Of a DNA stretch of 40,889 bases, positions 8,614 through 18,516 are shown piece by piece. Origin of the DNA: Lysobacterales bacterium (GTDB lineage: Bacteria > Pseudomonadota > Gammaproteobacteria > Xanthomonadales > Ahniellaceae). Each line of letters begins with the position of its first letter. Positions within the stretch are counted from its first letter, which is position 1. Below the pieces are notes generated by a model. The model saw only the letters and a program-made list of their open reading frames with translations, was not told the DNA's origin and searched no databases. The stretch spans positions 1 through 40,889 of the forward strand of contig JBGTIG010000166.1 in NCBI GenBank assembly GCA_041745755.1, in the 5' to 3' direction. The position numbers and the translations under genes are program-made.

Positions 8614-11226
8614 ATGTCAGAAGTAACCGTCAAGCAAATGGCCCAGACGCTCAACTTGAACGTCGACAAGCTGCTTGTGCAGCTCGCAGAGGCCGGCATG
8701 AAGTTCAGCGGGCCCGATCAGTTCGTCACCAGTGCCGAAAAGATCAAGTTGCTCGGGTTCCTGCGCCGGGCCCACGGCAAGCAGGAAGCCCCGGCTGAAG
8801 CGCCGTCGTCGCCGCGCCAGATCACGTTGCGGCGCACGCGCGTGACCGAGTTGACCGTGCCGAGCGGTGCAGCCCGCGGAAAGACCGTGGCGGTCGAGGT
8901 GCGCGCCAAGCGCACGTACGTCAAGCGCGATTCCCTGAGCGACTCGCAGGCCCCGACCGACGAGCGCGAGGAAGCCAGGCGCTTGCTCAAGGAATCGGAA
9001 GAACGCCGGTCGGCCGAAGAAGTCGAGCTGCGCGACAAGGACCGCGCGCGCAAGGAAGAGACGGAACGCGCGACGGCGGAAGCCGCCGCCAAGGCGGCTG
9101 AACTTCTGGCCGAAGTGGCGCGCGCGAAGAGCGATGAAGACGTCTCCGCCGTTCCCGAGATCAAGTCCGACAAGGACAAGCCCCGCAGGATCGTCGGTGC
9201 TCCGAAGGCAGCTCAAGTGGTGCCGCCGCGCCGCGAAGATGCCCGTGGGCGCGACGAACCGCACCGCCACAAGGGCAACCGGGGATCGCACCGCATGCAG
9301 GACAACGATCTTTCAGTCGTCGATCCGAACGTCGGACGTTATCTTCAGGGTCAGCTGCACCTTGCAGAAGGCGCCGCACGACGCGCCAAGAAAAAGCCCC
9401 GCGCGCGCATCGAGCCGAGCCGCACCAGTGGCAGCGGTCATGGTTTTTCGCGACCCCTGGCGCCGATCGTTCGCGCCATCACGGTGGGCGATTCGATCGT
9501 CGTTGCCGAACTCGCCGCCAAGCTCGCGATCAAGGGAGCCGAAGTCGTCAAGATGCTGTTCAAGATGGGCGTCATGACGACCATCAACGAGGTCATCGAT
9601 CACGACACGGCCGTGCTGGTGGTTGAAGAACTCGGGCACACGGCCACCCGCGAGGAAGAGCAGGATGCCGAAACCGCACTCGTGGCGCACGCCGAATCCG
9701 ATGTGCCGACCGAGCCGCGCCCCCCCGTGGTCACGATCATGGGCCATGTCGACCACGGCAAGACCTCGTTGCTCGACTACATCCGGCGCACCAAGGTGGC
9801 CGCGGGCGAAGCCGGTGGCATCACCCAGCACATTGGCGCGTATCACGTCGAAACCGATCGCGGCGTGATCAGCTTTCTAGACACGCCCGGCCACTCCGCC
9901 TTCACTTCGATGCGGGCGCGCGGTGCGAAGCTCACCGACATCGTGGTGCTGGTGGTGGCCGCCGACGACGGCGTGATGCCGCAGACCATCGAGGCGATAC
10001 AGCACGCTCGCGCCGCGAAGGTGCCGCTGATCGTCGCCATCAACAAGATGGACAAGAGCGATGCAGATCCCGAGCGTGTCAAGCAGGATCTGCTCTCGCA
10101 CGAGGTGGTCGCCGAGGAATACGGTGGCGACACGCAGATGGTGCCGCTTTCGGCACGGACCGGCGAGGGGGTCGATGCACTGCTCGACGCGCTGTCGCTG
10201 CAGGCCGAGGTTCTCGAGTTGCGCGCGCCGGTGGAAGGCCGCGCCGCCGGTGCGGTGATCGAGTCGACACTCGACAAGGGCCGTGGTCCGGTCGCGACCG
10301 TGCTGGTGCAGTCGGGTACGTTGCGGCGCGGCGACTACATGGTATGCGGCGTCGAGTACGGTCGCGTGCGTGCGTTGTTCGACGAGAATGGTGCGCAGGT
10401 CGACTTGGCACTGCCCTCCATTCCCGTCGTGGTGCTGGGACTCTCGGGCGTGCCGGATTCCGGCGACGATTTCGTGGTGGTGGCCGACGAGCGCCTCGCG
10501 AAGGATGTCGCGCAGCAGCGCGAGGAAGGCAGGCGGGAGCACCGCCTTCGCAACAAGGCGCAGACCAATCGCTTCGAGGACATCATCGCGCAGATGGGCC
10601 AGGGCGAGGGCCAGCAGGTGCTCAACGTGGTCATCAAGGCCGACGTCCACGGCTCCAGCGAGGCGCTGCGCGAATCCCTGTCGGCGCTTTCGACCGAGCT
10701 CATCCGCATCAACGTCATTGCGTCCGGCGTTGGCGGCCTGACCGAAACCGACGCCACGCTGGCGTCCGCTTCCAAGGCCGTGATCATCGGCTTCAACGTG
10801 CGTGCGGATGCCTCGGCGCGGCGGATCATCGAACGCGACGGGCTTGATCTGCGCTATTTCTCGATCATCTACGACGTGATCGACCAGGTGAAGCAGGTCG
10901 CCTCCGGCATGCTCGGCGTCGAGATCCGCGAGGAGATAATCGGCGTGGCGCAGGTCCGCGATGTCTTCCGATCCTCCAAGTTCGGCGCGATCGCGGGCTG
11001 CATGGTGATCGAGGGCGTGGTCAAGCGGAGCAAGCCCATTCGCGTGCTGCGCGACAACACCGTGGTGTTCCAGGGCGAGCTCGAGTCGCTGCGCCGGTTC
11101 AAGGAGAACGTGGACGAGGTGCGCAATGGCACGGAGTGCGGCATCGGTGTCAAGGCGTACAACGACGTCAAGCCGGGTGACCAGATCGAGTGCTTCGAGC
11201 GCCACGAGATCCAGCGCACGCTCTGA
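8614..11226 (+). CDS. infB: Translation initiation factor IF-2
   Basis: 870 aa from ATG 8614, with a GGGAG Shine-Dalgarno at 8601-8605. GTPase motifs are present ([21 protein letters not shown]). The C-terminal domains are conserved. Confidence 0.97.
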   Translation: MSEVTVKQMAQTLNLNVDKLLVQLAEAGMKFSGPDQFVTSAEKIKLLGFLRRAHGKQEAPAEAPSSPRQITLRRTRVTELTVPSGAARGKTVAVEVRAKRTYVKRDSLSDSQAPTDEREEARRLLKESEERRSAEEVELRDKDRARKEETERATAEAAAKAAELLAEVARAKSDEDVSAVPEIKSDKDKPRRIVGAPKAAQVVPPRREDARGRDEPHRHKGNRGSHRMQDNDLSVVDPNVGRYLQGQLHLAEGAARRAKKKPRARIEPSRTSGSGHGFSRPLAPIVRAITVGDSIVVAELAAKLAIKGAEVVKMLFKMGVMTTINEVIDHDTAVLVVEELGHTATREEEQDAETALVAHAESDVPTEPRPPVVTIMGHVDHGKTSLLDYIRRTKVAAGEAGGITQHIGAYHVETDRGVISFLDTPGHSAFTSMRARGAKLTDIVVLVVAADDGVMPQTIEAIQHARAAKVPLIVAINKMDKSDADPERVKQDLLSHEVVAEEYGGDTQMVPLSARTGEGVDALLDALSLQAEVLELRAPVEGRAAGAVIESTLDKGRGPVATVLVQSGTLRRGDYMVCGVEYGRVRALFDENGAQVDLALPSIPVVVLGLSGVPDSGDDFVVVADERLAKDVAQQREEGRREHRLRNKAQTNRFEDIIAQMGQGEGQQVLNVVIKADVHGSSEALRESLSALSTELIRINVIASGVGGLTETDATLASASKAVIIGFNVRADASARRIIERDGLDLRYFSIIYDVIDQVKQVASGMLGVEIREEIIGVAQVRDVFRSSKFGAIAGCMVIEGVVKRSKPIRVLRDNTVVFQGELESLRRFKENVDEVRNGTECGIGVKAYNDVKPGDQIECFERHEIQRTL

Positions 11227-11390
11227 GCTTCCGGTCGCCGCGAAGAGTCCGGCCGGCGGAAGCCCGCCGGGCTCGAGCCTCGTCATCAACGCCCCGGGAT
11301 CGCGCCCGAACCCATCACGACTTGCCCACGATCGCCACTGCGGATTCGCTTCGAACGCTTCCACCGCCCGGACTTCCAGGAGACCCGACG

Positions 11391-11783
11391 ATGTCCCAGC
11401 ACAGTTTCAATCGCGCCGATCGCGTGTCGTCGCTGCTCAGGAAGGATCTCGGCCAGCTCGTCCATGAGATGGTCCGCGAGCACGGTCTGCCCTCGATGTC
11501 GGTATCCGACGTCGAGATCACCCGTGATCTTGCGCACGCCAATGTGTTCGTGACGACGCTGGACCCCGCCCAGGCCGGCGCCGGAATCAAGGCGCTGAAG
11601 GAGGCTTCGCGCGAACTCCGCCATCAGCTGGCAGGACGGGTGAAGCTGCGCGCAGTGCCCGAGATCCATTTTTTCTACGACGACTCGGTCGACCGTGGCG
11701 ATCGCATCGAGCGGTTGCTGCAGGGCCTCAGCCCCGAAGCGGAGCTCCCGGAGACCGGCGCGAACGAGCCCCGCGACGGGTGA
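11391..11783 (+). CDS. rbfA: Ribosome-binding factor A
   Basis: 130 aa from an internal ATG of ORF 11190..11783. RADRVSSLLRKDLGQLV...VSDVEITRDLAHANVFV...LRAVPEIHFFYDDS is typical RbfA. The infB-rbfA-truB order agrees. Confidence 0.93.
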   Translation: MSQHSFNRADRVSSLLRKDLGQLVHEMVREHGLPSMSVSDVEITRDLAHANVFVTTLDPAQAGAGIKALKEASRELRHQLAGRVKLRAVPEIHFFYDDSVDRGDRIERLLQGLSPEAELPETGANEPRDG

Positions 11784-11839
11784 CTGCCGCCGGCCGGGGG
11801 TCCGGGACGCCCGTCACTCGAAGTCCAGGGCGCTTGCGA

Positions 11840-12751
11840 ATGACCCGCATCAGCGATCCTGTACACGGGGTACTGCTCCTCGACAAGCCGCTTGGCGTGT
11901 CGTCGAATCACGCGCTGCAACGTGCCCGCTTTGCGCTCGGGGCCGCCAAGGCTGGACACACTGGCAGCCTCGATCCGCTGGCGACAGGAATGCTGCCAAT
12001 CTGTTTCGGGGAGGCGACCAAGATCGCGGGCTTGCTCCTCGGAGGGCGCAAGCGCTATCGGGCGAGCGTCGTGCTCGGATCGAGCACGACGACGGATGAC
12101 GCGGAAGGAGAGATTGTCGCCACGGCCGCCGTCACCGACGACGAGCGTGCGCGGGTCAAAGACGTGCTCAAGTCTTTCCTTGGCCGCATCCGGCAGCGGC
12201 CTCCGATCTACTCCGCGCTCAAGCAGCGGGGCGTGCCCCTCTACCGGCGCGCCCGCCGCGGTGAAGTCGTCGAAGTCTCCGAGCGCACGGTGGAAGTATT
12301 CGCGATCGACCACGTCGCCGTGGACGGAATCCGGGTCGATTTCGAGATCGAGTGCGGCAGCGGGACCTACATCCGCAGCATCGCGCGGGATCTGGGCGAT
12401 ACGCTCGGTTGCGGGGGACATCTCGGTGCTCTTCGTCGAGTGATGGTCGAACCCTTCGCAGGCGAACCGATGCATCCTCTCGATGCGGTACTCGAGGAAG
12501 GACAGGCAGCCCGGAGTCATCTGCTGCCGATTTCCCGGGCGCTGGCCCATTTCCCATCGGTCGGGATGGCTGCCGGCGATGTCGCCCGATTCCGTCAGGG
12601 CCAGGCAATCGCATGCGGCGCCGACCGGTGCACCGCCGCGTCCATGGGCGAGACAGTCGTGGTCCATGGTCCCGGGACCGGGCTGCTGGGACTCGCGAGG
12701 CAGGGTGAGGACGGCTCGATTCAACCGTTCCGCGTGTTCCATCTGCCTTGA
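11840..12751 (+). CDS. truB: tRNA pseudouridine-55 synthase TruB
   Basis: GVLLLDKPLGVSSNHALQR...GHTGSLDPLATGMLPICFGEATK contains the catalytic Asp motif. ATG 11840 leaves 9 aa before GVLLLDKP, comparable to E. coli. An alternative GTG at 11780 overlaps the rbfA stop. Confidence 0.92.
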   Translation: MTRISDPVHGVLLLDKPLGVSSNHALQRARFALGAAKAGHTGSLDPLATGMLPICFGEATKIAGLLLGGRKRYRASVVLGSSTTTDDAEGEIVATAAVTDDERARVKDVLKSFLGRIRQRPPIYSALKQRGVPLYRRARRGEVVEVSERTVEVFAIDHVAVDGIRVDFEIECGSGTYIRSIARDLGDTLGCGGHLGALRRVMVEPFAGEPMHPLDAVLEEGQAARSHLLPISRALAHFPSVGMAAGDVARFRQGQAIACGADRCTAASMGETVVVHGPGTGLLGLARQGEDGSIQPFRVFHLP

Positions 12752-12800
12752 CTGAACTGCACCCAGAGGCGCGAAAGCGGCCACCGGGCCCCGGATTTCC

Positions 12801-12830
12801 TTGTAGCGGGATGGGGATGCGGTCTACAAT
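12801..12830 (+). promoter_or_regulatory. Putative sigma70 promoter for rpsO
   Basis: TTGTAG (12801-12806), an 18-nt spacer, then TACAAT (12825-12830), about 100 nt upstream of the rpsO ATG. This is a sequence match only. Confidence 0.3.
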
Positions 12831-12932
12831 GCCGGGCTTTTTTTCGAAGTCCTGATTCCACGAATCGAGGCGGCCGCGACGCGATTGGCGCGCGCAGAAC
12901 CTGCCTTGTCGACCGTTGCGGAGCTTTCCTGA

Positions 12933-13202
12933 ATGTCGCTTTCCACCGAACAAACCAGCCAGATCATCACCGACTACAAGCGTGCGGCCAGCGACACCGG
13001 TTCGCCGGAAGTGCAGGTGGCGTTGCTGTCGGCGCGCATCACCGACCTCATGGGTCACTTCAGTACGCACGCCAAGGATCACCATTCCCGGCGCGGGTTG
13101 CTGAAAATGGTCAACCAGCGCCGTCGCCTGCTGCACTATCTCAAGGCGAAGGATGCTGAGCGCTACAAGACGCTGATCGGTCGTCTCGGCCTGCGTCGCT
13201 GA
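12933..13202 (+). CDS. rpsO: 30S ribosomal protein S15
   Basis: 89 aa. ...[46 protein letters not shown] is canonical S15. Confidence 0.97.
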   Translation: MSLSTEQTSQIITDYKRAASDTGSPEVQVALLSARITDLMGHFSTHAKDHHSRRGLLKMVNQRRRLLHYLKAKDAERYKTLIGRLGLRR

Positions 13203-13380
13203 CATGCCTGCGAGCCAGTCCATGCCGGGCTGCTCGCAAGTTCATTGCCGGGTGATCCTGGGCGCACCACTTCACGCAGGCCCACCTACTGCCTGAATCA
13301 ATGGCGTCGGTGCTGCCCTGCATCGCGAACATCCATTTCCTCTCGAAGTTTCTCTTCTCAAGCATTGTTGGAGCATAGTC

Positions 13381-15501
13381 GTGGCGAAAGTTGTCAAGTC
13401 CTTCCAGTACGGCAATCACAAGGTCATCCTCGAAACCGGCGAAGTTGCGCGCCAGGCTGGCGGTGCGGTCCTCGTCAGGATGGACGACACCGTCGTACTC
13501 GTCAGCGTCGTCGGCAACAGGACCGCTCGCGAGGGACAGGATTTCTTCCCGCTCACCGTCGACTATCTCGAAAGGTTCTACGCAGGTGGCCGCATTCCCG
13601 GGGGCTTCTTCAAGCGTGAGGGTCGCCAGACCGAACGCGAGACGCTGACCTCGCGCCTGATCGACCGTCCGATCCGGCCGCTCTTTCCCGAGGACTTCCG
13701 CAACGAGGTGCAGGTCATTGCGACCGTAGTCTCGCTTGATCCCGAAGTTCCCGGCGACATTCCGGCGCTGCTCGGAACCTCGGCCGCGCTCATGCTCTCC
13801 GGCATTCCGTTCAACGGACCGATCGGGGCCGCGCGCGTCGGCTACGCCAATGGCAAGTACCTGCTGAATCCGGCGTCCAGCGAGATCAAGACCTCTGAAC
13901 TGGATCTCGTCGTCGCCGGAACCGCGAATGCGGTGCTGATGGTGGAATCGGAAGCGAAGATCCTCTCCGAAGACGTGATGCTCGGCGCGGTCATGTTCGG
14001 ACACCGCGAGATGCAGACCGCCATCAATGCAATCAAGGAACTGGTTGCCGAAGTCGGCACGAAGCACTGGGAACACACGCCGGCCACCCGCAACGACCTG
14101 CTGGTCGAGACACTGCGCAACATGTGCGGTGCGCAACTTGCGACGGCCTACACGATTCGCGACAAGGCCGAGCGGCGCGACGAGATTTCGGGCATCAAGC
14201 GTCGTGCACAGGATGCGCTGGCGCCGCAATGCGAGGCCAATGGCTGGACCAGTGCACAGATCGGCAAGGAATTCGGCGAGATCGAATACTCCACGATGCG
14301 CCAGGCCGTGCTGAGCACCAAGCAGCGCATCGATGGCCGCGCGCTCGACACCGTGCGCCCGATCAACGTGCGCGTTGGCGTGTTGCCGCGTACCCACGGC
14401 TCCGCGCTCTTCACGCGCGGCGAAACGCAGGCACTCGTGGTGCTGACCCTCGGTACCGCCCGCGACGGCCAGATCATCGATGCGGTCGAAGGCGAGTCGA
14501 AGGATCATTTCCTTTTCCATTACAACTTCCCCCCTTACTCGGTGGGCGAGGCCGGGCGCATGATGGGTCCGAAGCGCCGCGAGATCGGCCACGGTCGGCT
14601 TGCGCGTCGCGGCGTGCAGGCGGTGATGCCGTCGATGGAGGATTTTCCCTACACCATACGTGTGGTTTCCGAGATCACCGAGTCGAACGGCTCCTCGTCG
14701 ATGGCGTCGGTCTGTGGTTCTTCGCTTGCCCTCATGGACGCCGGAGTGCCGATCAAGGCGCCGGTGGCGGGCATCGCGATGGGCCTCATCAAGGAGGGCG
14801 ACGAGTTCGTCGTGCTGTCCGACATCCTGGGCGACGAGGATCACCTCGGCGACATGGACTTCAAGGTAGCTGGCAGCGAGAAGGGCATCAGTGCGCTGCA
14901 GATGGACATCAAGATCGACGGCATCACCGAGGAGATCATGCGCGTCGCGCTCGAGCAGGCCAAGGCCGGGCGCCTGCATATCCTCGGCGAGATGGCCAAG
15001 GGTCTCGACGCCCCGCGCCTCGAGATGAGCGAGTTCGCGCCGCGCCTGCTCACCATCAAGATCCATCCCGACAAGATCCGCGAAGTGATCGGCAAGGGCG
15101 GGTCGGTCATCCAGGCGATCACCAAGGAAACCGGCACGCAGATCGACATCCAGGACGACGGCACGATTGTCATTGCCTCGGTCAACGCTGCGGCAGGACA
15201 GGCCGCGAAAGCACGCATCGAGCAGATCACCTCCGACGTCGAACCGGGTCGCGTCTATGAAGGCAAGGTCGCCAAGCTCATGGACTTCGGCGCGTTCGTC
15301 ACCATCGCTCCGGGCAAGGATGGGCTCGTGCACGTCTCGCAGATCTCCAACGAGCGTGTGGAAAAGGTTTCGGACAAGCTGAAGGAAGGCGATATCGTGC
15401 GCGTGAAGGTGCTCGAGGTCGACAAGCAGGGCCGTATCCGCTTGTCGATGAAGGCCCTCGAGGACGACGCGGCTGCCGCCCCCGCCGCCGCCGCGCAGTA
15501 G
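13381..15501 (+). CDS. pnp: Polyribonucleotide nucleotidyltransferase (PNPase)
   Basis: 706 aa with a GTG start. It has two RNase PH domains, a KH domain ([10 protein letters not shown]) and an S1 domain ([13 protein letters not shown]). It follows rpsO as in E. coli. Confidence 0.97.
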   Translation: MAKVVKSFQYGNHKVILETGEVARQAGGAVLVRMDDTVVLVSVVGNRTAREGQDFFPLTVDYLERFYAGGRIPGGFFKREGRQTERETLTSRLIDRPIRPLFPEDFRNEVQVIATVVSLDPEVPGDIPALLGTSAALMLSGIPFNGPIGAARVGYANGKYLLNPASSEIKTSELDLVVAGTANAVLMVESEAKILSEDVMLGAVMFGHREMQTAINAIKELVAEVGTKHWEHTPATRNDLLVETLRNMCGAQLATAYTIRDKAERRDEISGIKRRAQDALAPQCEANGWTSAQIGKEFGEIEYSTMRQAVLSTKQRIDGRALDTVRPINVRVGVLPRTHGSALFTRGETQALVVLTLGTARDGQIIDAVEGESKDHFLFHYNFPPYSVGEAGRMMGPKRREIGHGRLARRGVQAVMPSMEDFPYTIRVVSEITESNGSSSMASVCGSSLALMDAGVPIKAPVAGIAMGLIKEGDEFVVLSDILGDEDHLGDMDFKVAGSEKGISALQMDIKIDGITEEIMRVALEQAKAGRLHILGEMAKGLDAPRLEMSEFAPRLLTIKIHPDKIREVIGKGGSVIQAITKETGTQIDIQDDGTIVIASVNAAAGQAAKARIEQITSDVEPGRVYEGKVAKLMDFGAFVTIAPGKDGLVHVSQISNERVEKVSDKLKEGDIVRVKVLEVDKQGRIRLSMKALEDDAAAAPAAAAQ

Positions 15502-15531
15502 GTTCTGCTGGATTCACGCCAACAAGGCAAG

Positions 15532-15564
15532 AAAAAAAAGGCGGGCTTCGGCTCGCCTTTTTTT
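15532..15564 (+). terminator. Intrinsic (potentially bidirectional) terminator after pnp
   Basis: An A8 run, then the stem ggcgggc/gctcgcc (7 bp, one G-U), a ttcg loop, then a T7 run. Confidence 0.7.
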
Positions 15565-15668
15565 GCGCCCCGCCCCGCAGTTGCGCCGCGAACGCTGCGC
15601 CTCCCGCAAGTCGGCCGCGCATGCGATTGATCCGCGGCGGCCGGTTTGGGACCTGCGTCAAACCCGCT

Positions 15669-15706
15669 GCGGTCCGACCTGTCCAGGAACGACTTGATCA
15701 GGCCTT
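15669..15706. repeat. Copy A of a 38-nt conserved intergenic block (partner at 39377-39414)
   Basis: gcggtccgacCTgtccaggaaCgacttgatcagGcctt versus gcggtccgacAAgtccaggaaGgacttgatcagAcctt. 34 of 38 positions are identical, the orientation is the same, and both lie in leaders of plus-strand genes. Confidence 0.6.
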
Positions 15707-15855
15707 GCCTGCCCGCGAACCGGTTCGCGGCGGGCCTTTGCGGGTTCTCGTTCGTGGTGAGCCAGCCGCCGCCGGGACGCCGGCCGATGGATTCCCGGGT
15801 TGTCGCCGAAAGAGATTCCGCGTCAGTATGGGGATCTCCGCATTCGGGATCGATC

Positions 15856-16476
15856 ATGAGCGAACGACGCCACTTCTCGATGATCCGGGAGTTTCACCTC
15901 GCCGATTGGCTGACGCTCGGCAATGCCTTCTGCGGCACGGGCGCGATCTTCGCCTCCATGCGTTTTCTGCAGGACGGCAACAGTCGCGACCTGCTTGTCG
16001 GCATGGCGCTGATTCCGCTCGCCTTCGTGCTCGATGCGCTGGACGGGCGCGTCGCTCGCTGGCGGCAGCAGCATTCCATACTCGGTCGCGAGCTCGATTC
16101 GCTCGCCGACGTCATCTCGTTCGGCGTGGCTCCCGCGGCTCTCGGTTACGCCTGCGGTTTGCAGGGCGGTTGGGATTGGCTGGTGCTCTCGTATTTCGTA
16201 GGTTGCGGGGTGAGTCGGCTTGCACGTTACAACGTCACCGCCGATGACCTGGCGGATGGCAGTGACAAAGTGCGCTACTTCGAGGGCACGCCGATCCCGA
16301 CGAGCCTGCTGCTGGTGATCGCGCTGGCGATGCTCGCCTGGACGGGACGTATCGGGGATGCGCTCTGGGGAGGCGTGTGGCAGCTCGGACCGTGGCAGCT
16401 GCATGCGTTCTCGCTGCTGTTCGCCGTGTCGGGCTCGCTCATGATCAGCAAGACCCTGCGCATTCCCAAACCCTGA
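15856..16476 (+). CDS. pssA: CDP-diacylglycerol--serine O-phosphatidyltransferase (CDP-alcohol phosphatidyltransferase family)
   Basis: 206 aa from an internal ATG of ORF 15646..16476. The family motif D-x2-DG-x2-AR-x8-G-x3-D-x3-D is present (LDALDGRVARWRQQHSILGRELDSLADVISF). The N-terminal LTLGNAFCGTGAI is typical of type II PssA. A PgsA or Pcs assignment is not fully excluded. Confidence 0.8.
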   Translation: MSERRHFSMIREFHLADWLTLGNAFCGTGAIFASMRFLQDGNSRDLLVGMALIPLAFVLDALDGRVARWRQQHSILGRELDSLADVISFGVAPAALGYACGLQGGWDWLVLSYFVGCGVSRLARYNVTADDLADGSDKVRYFEGTPIPTSLLLVIALAMLAWTGRIGDALWGGVWQLGPWQLHAFSLLFAVSGSLMISKTLRIPKP

Positions 16477-16643
16477 GCCAGCCCATCGCGAGCGCGCTGC
16501 CGGGCCGCTGCAGGGAAGACGTCGCTTGCGACGCTCCGCAGGCGTTCCGTCACGTGGAAACTCCCGCCGGCGAGGTTGGCAACGACCCGCGTATGCTACG
16601 ACGCCGCGATGGCGGCCCCGGCGATGTCTGACCCCAAGCGCGC

Positions 16644-17207
16644 ATGACATCCGAAGACGCCATCCTGCTGACACGTCGCTGGCTGGAACGCGTGGTGATC
16701 GGGCTCGACTTGTGCCCTTTCGCCAAAGGGGTGCATCGCAAACGACAGGTGCGCTTCGCAGTGAGCGCGGCGACCACGTGCCCGCAACTGATCGACGATC
16801 TTCGCGTTGAACTGTGGCGGTTGCGCGATGCGAGTGCCAGTGCCAATGCCAATGCCGGTGCGATCGACACCACGCTGCTAATCCATCCGCACGTGCTGCA
16901 GGATTTCCTCGAATACAACGATTTCCTGGATCAGGCCGACGACCTGGTTCGTCGCGAAGGGCTCGAAGGCGTCATCCAGATCGCCAGCTTTCATCCCCGG
17001 TACCGGTTTGCCGGGACGATGGCGGACGACATGGCCAACTGCACCAACCGCTCGCCTTTTCCGCTGCTGCACCTCCTGCGCGAAGCCAGCGTCTCGCGCG
17101 CAGTGGATTCGCATCCGGACGTGGCGGCAATCTCGACGCGCAACGCCGAGACGATCGCAAAGCTGGGGCGGAAGGGTTGGGAACGTCTCGTGGCGGTCGA
17201 CGAATGA
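16644..17207 (+). CDS. DUF1415-family protein
   Basis: 187 aa. The pattern ...VIGLDLCPFAKGV...IQIASFHPRYRF...NRSPFPLLHLLRE fits my recollection of the DUF1415 family. GC3 is coding-like. Confidence 0.7.
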   Translation: MTSEDAILLTRRWLERVVIGLDLCPFAKGVHRKRQVRFAVSAATTCPQLIDDLRVELWRLRDASASANANAGAIDTTLLIHPHVLQDFLEYNDFLDQADDLVRREGLEGVIQIASFHPRYRFAGTMADDMANCTNRSPFPLLHLLREASVSRAVDSHPDVAAISTRNAETIAKLGRKGWERLVAVDE

Positions 17208-17256
17208 ACGGCGCAACAGGCCTGTGTTGCGGTGCAGCAATCGAGGTTGGTAGCAT

Positions 17257-18513
17257 GTGCGACCAGTTTTTCGGGCGATGCTGACGATGTTGAACCAAAC
17301 GCAAGGCACCGAATGGCCAGGTGACTGGGGCGCGCTGTCCGATCAGTTCTGGACGGCGTGGCGCAAGGGGGTCGAGCAGGTCACGCCGGGCGCGTCGGGC
17401 AACCCTGCGATCGAACAATGGCAGCGCATGATGGATCAGGCCCGAAACCTGTCGGGTGCGAGCGGTCAGGGCGAGGTGTTCGAGCGTGGACTGAGCGGCG
17501 TGCGCCAGTACGTCGATTTCATGCAGAACGCGGTGCGGATGATGGGCGCGCACGGCGGCACCGCCTTCGATCCCGCGCAACTGATGCGCGGAGCGTTCGG
17601 CGCATTCGACGTGCGCCAGAATCCGGTTCTCTCCGCGCTGCGGGCGTCAGCGGGGCAGGGCACGCTGAATGTCGATCAGCTGCTCGACAGCGTGCAACAG
17701 TTCACCGGCCCCCTGCAGAAAAGCCTTTCCGCGGCGCTGGAGCAGCCGGCTTTCGGCCAGCATCGCGAGCAAATCGAGCGGAGTCAGGATCTCGTCGCCG
17801 CGTTCGCCGCCCTGCCCGAACCGCTGGCGCTGTACCAGGCAGAGATGCTCGTGGCCGCGCGCCGGGGCCTCGAGATTTTCGAGTCGAAGCTTGCGGCCAG
17901 GGCGGAGCCCGGTCGCGAATTGACTTCACTGCGTGCGGTGTACGACCTCTGGATCGACGCGGCGGAGGAAGGCTACGCGGAGGTCGCGCTGTCGCCGGGA
18001 TTCCGCAAGGCGTATGGCGGCATGGTCAACGCGCAAATGCGCGTGCGTCAGCTGATTCAAAAGGACGTCGAGCGCAGCACGGCAGCGTTCGGCATGCCCG
18101 GTCGTACGGAAGTGGACAGCGTCCTGCGGCAATTGCACGACTTGCGCAGGCGCCTCGGCGATGCCGAGGAGGCACTCGCGCTCGGCTCGCGGACGCGGGA
18201 TGGAAATCAATCCCCGCAGAAGCGCAGGCCCGCTCGCAAGCCGAAAGCCGCCCGCACCCGCAAGGACGGGCCGAGCGCGAAGGCCGCAGGCGCTGCTTCC
18301 GTGGCGAGCGCTTCGAAGGCCTCCGCCAAGTCCGGCCGATCGAAGTCCGGATCGGGAAAGGTGAAGGACACGAAAGGCGCGAAAGCGACCGCGGCGAAAT
18401 CCGGATCCGGTAAACGAGCGAAACGTGCGAAGTCCGAACGTTCGCAATCTTCCACCGGTACCTTCGCCGAACGGCTCGAGGCCGTGCGCAAGTCCGCGCG
18501 CAAGAGGAAGTAA
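17257..18513 (+). CDS. phaE: Class III PHA synthase subunit PhaE with a Lys/Ala/Ser-rich C-terminal tail
   Basis: It lies immediately upstream of, and is translationally close to, class III phaC. The N-terminus (W..WGALSDQFWTAWRKG) and the central helical region resemble PhaE. The start is uncertain: GTG 17257, ATG 17278 or ATG 17287. Confidence 0.82.
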   Translation: MRPVFRAMLTMLNQTQGTEWPGDWGALSDQFWTAWRKGVEQVTPGASGNPAIEQWQRMMDQARNLSGASGQGEVFERGLSGVRQYVDFMQNAVRMMGAHGGTAFDPAQLMRGAFGAFDVRQNPVLSALRASAGQGTLNVDQLLDSVQQFTGPLQKSLSAALEQPAFGQHREQIERSQDLVAAFAALPEPLALYQAEMLVAARRGLEIFESKLAARAEPGRELTSLRAVYDLWIDAAEEGYAEVALSPGFRKAYGGMVNAQMRVRQLIQKDVERSTAAFGMPGRTEVDSVLRQLHDLRRRLGDAEEALALGSRTRDGNQSPQKRRPARKPKAARTRKDGPSAKAAGAASVASASKASAKSGRSKSGSGKVKDTKGAKATAAKSGSGKRAKRAKSERSQSSTGTFAERLEAVRKSARKRK

Positions 18514-18516
18514 CCG

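Noticed and set aside
13203-13380. rpsO terminator and pnp autoregulatory leader hairpin (the RNase III site), expected here by analogy with E. coli.
   Set aside because: I see only a modest imperfect hairpin (tgcgagc...gctcgca, about 13209-13238) without a U tract, and no convincing long stem. I cannot support coordinates for a leader structure from sequence alone.
15646-15855. N-terminal 70-residue extension of pssA from a TTG start, which would make the conserved leader block coding (..PLRSDLSRNDLIRPCL..).
   Set aside because: CDP-alcohol phosphatidyltransferases begin close to the first TM helix (MSERRHFSMIREFHLADWLTLGN). The extension is Pro/Arg/Gly-rich. The copy of the block at 39377 is not in frame with its downstream gene.
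17255-17284. 9-codon ATG ORF (MCDQFFGRC) with a well-spaced GAGG just before phaE, as a possible leader peptide.
   Set aside because: It is simply the tail of a long off-frame ORF (16814..17284), and nothing can be checked for conservation here. It more likely reflects uncertainty in the phaE start (GTG 17257 uses the same GAGG).
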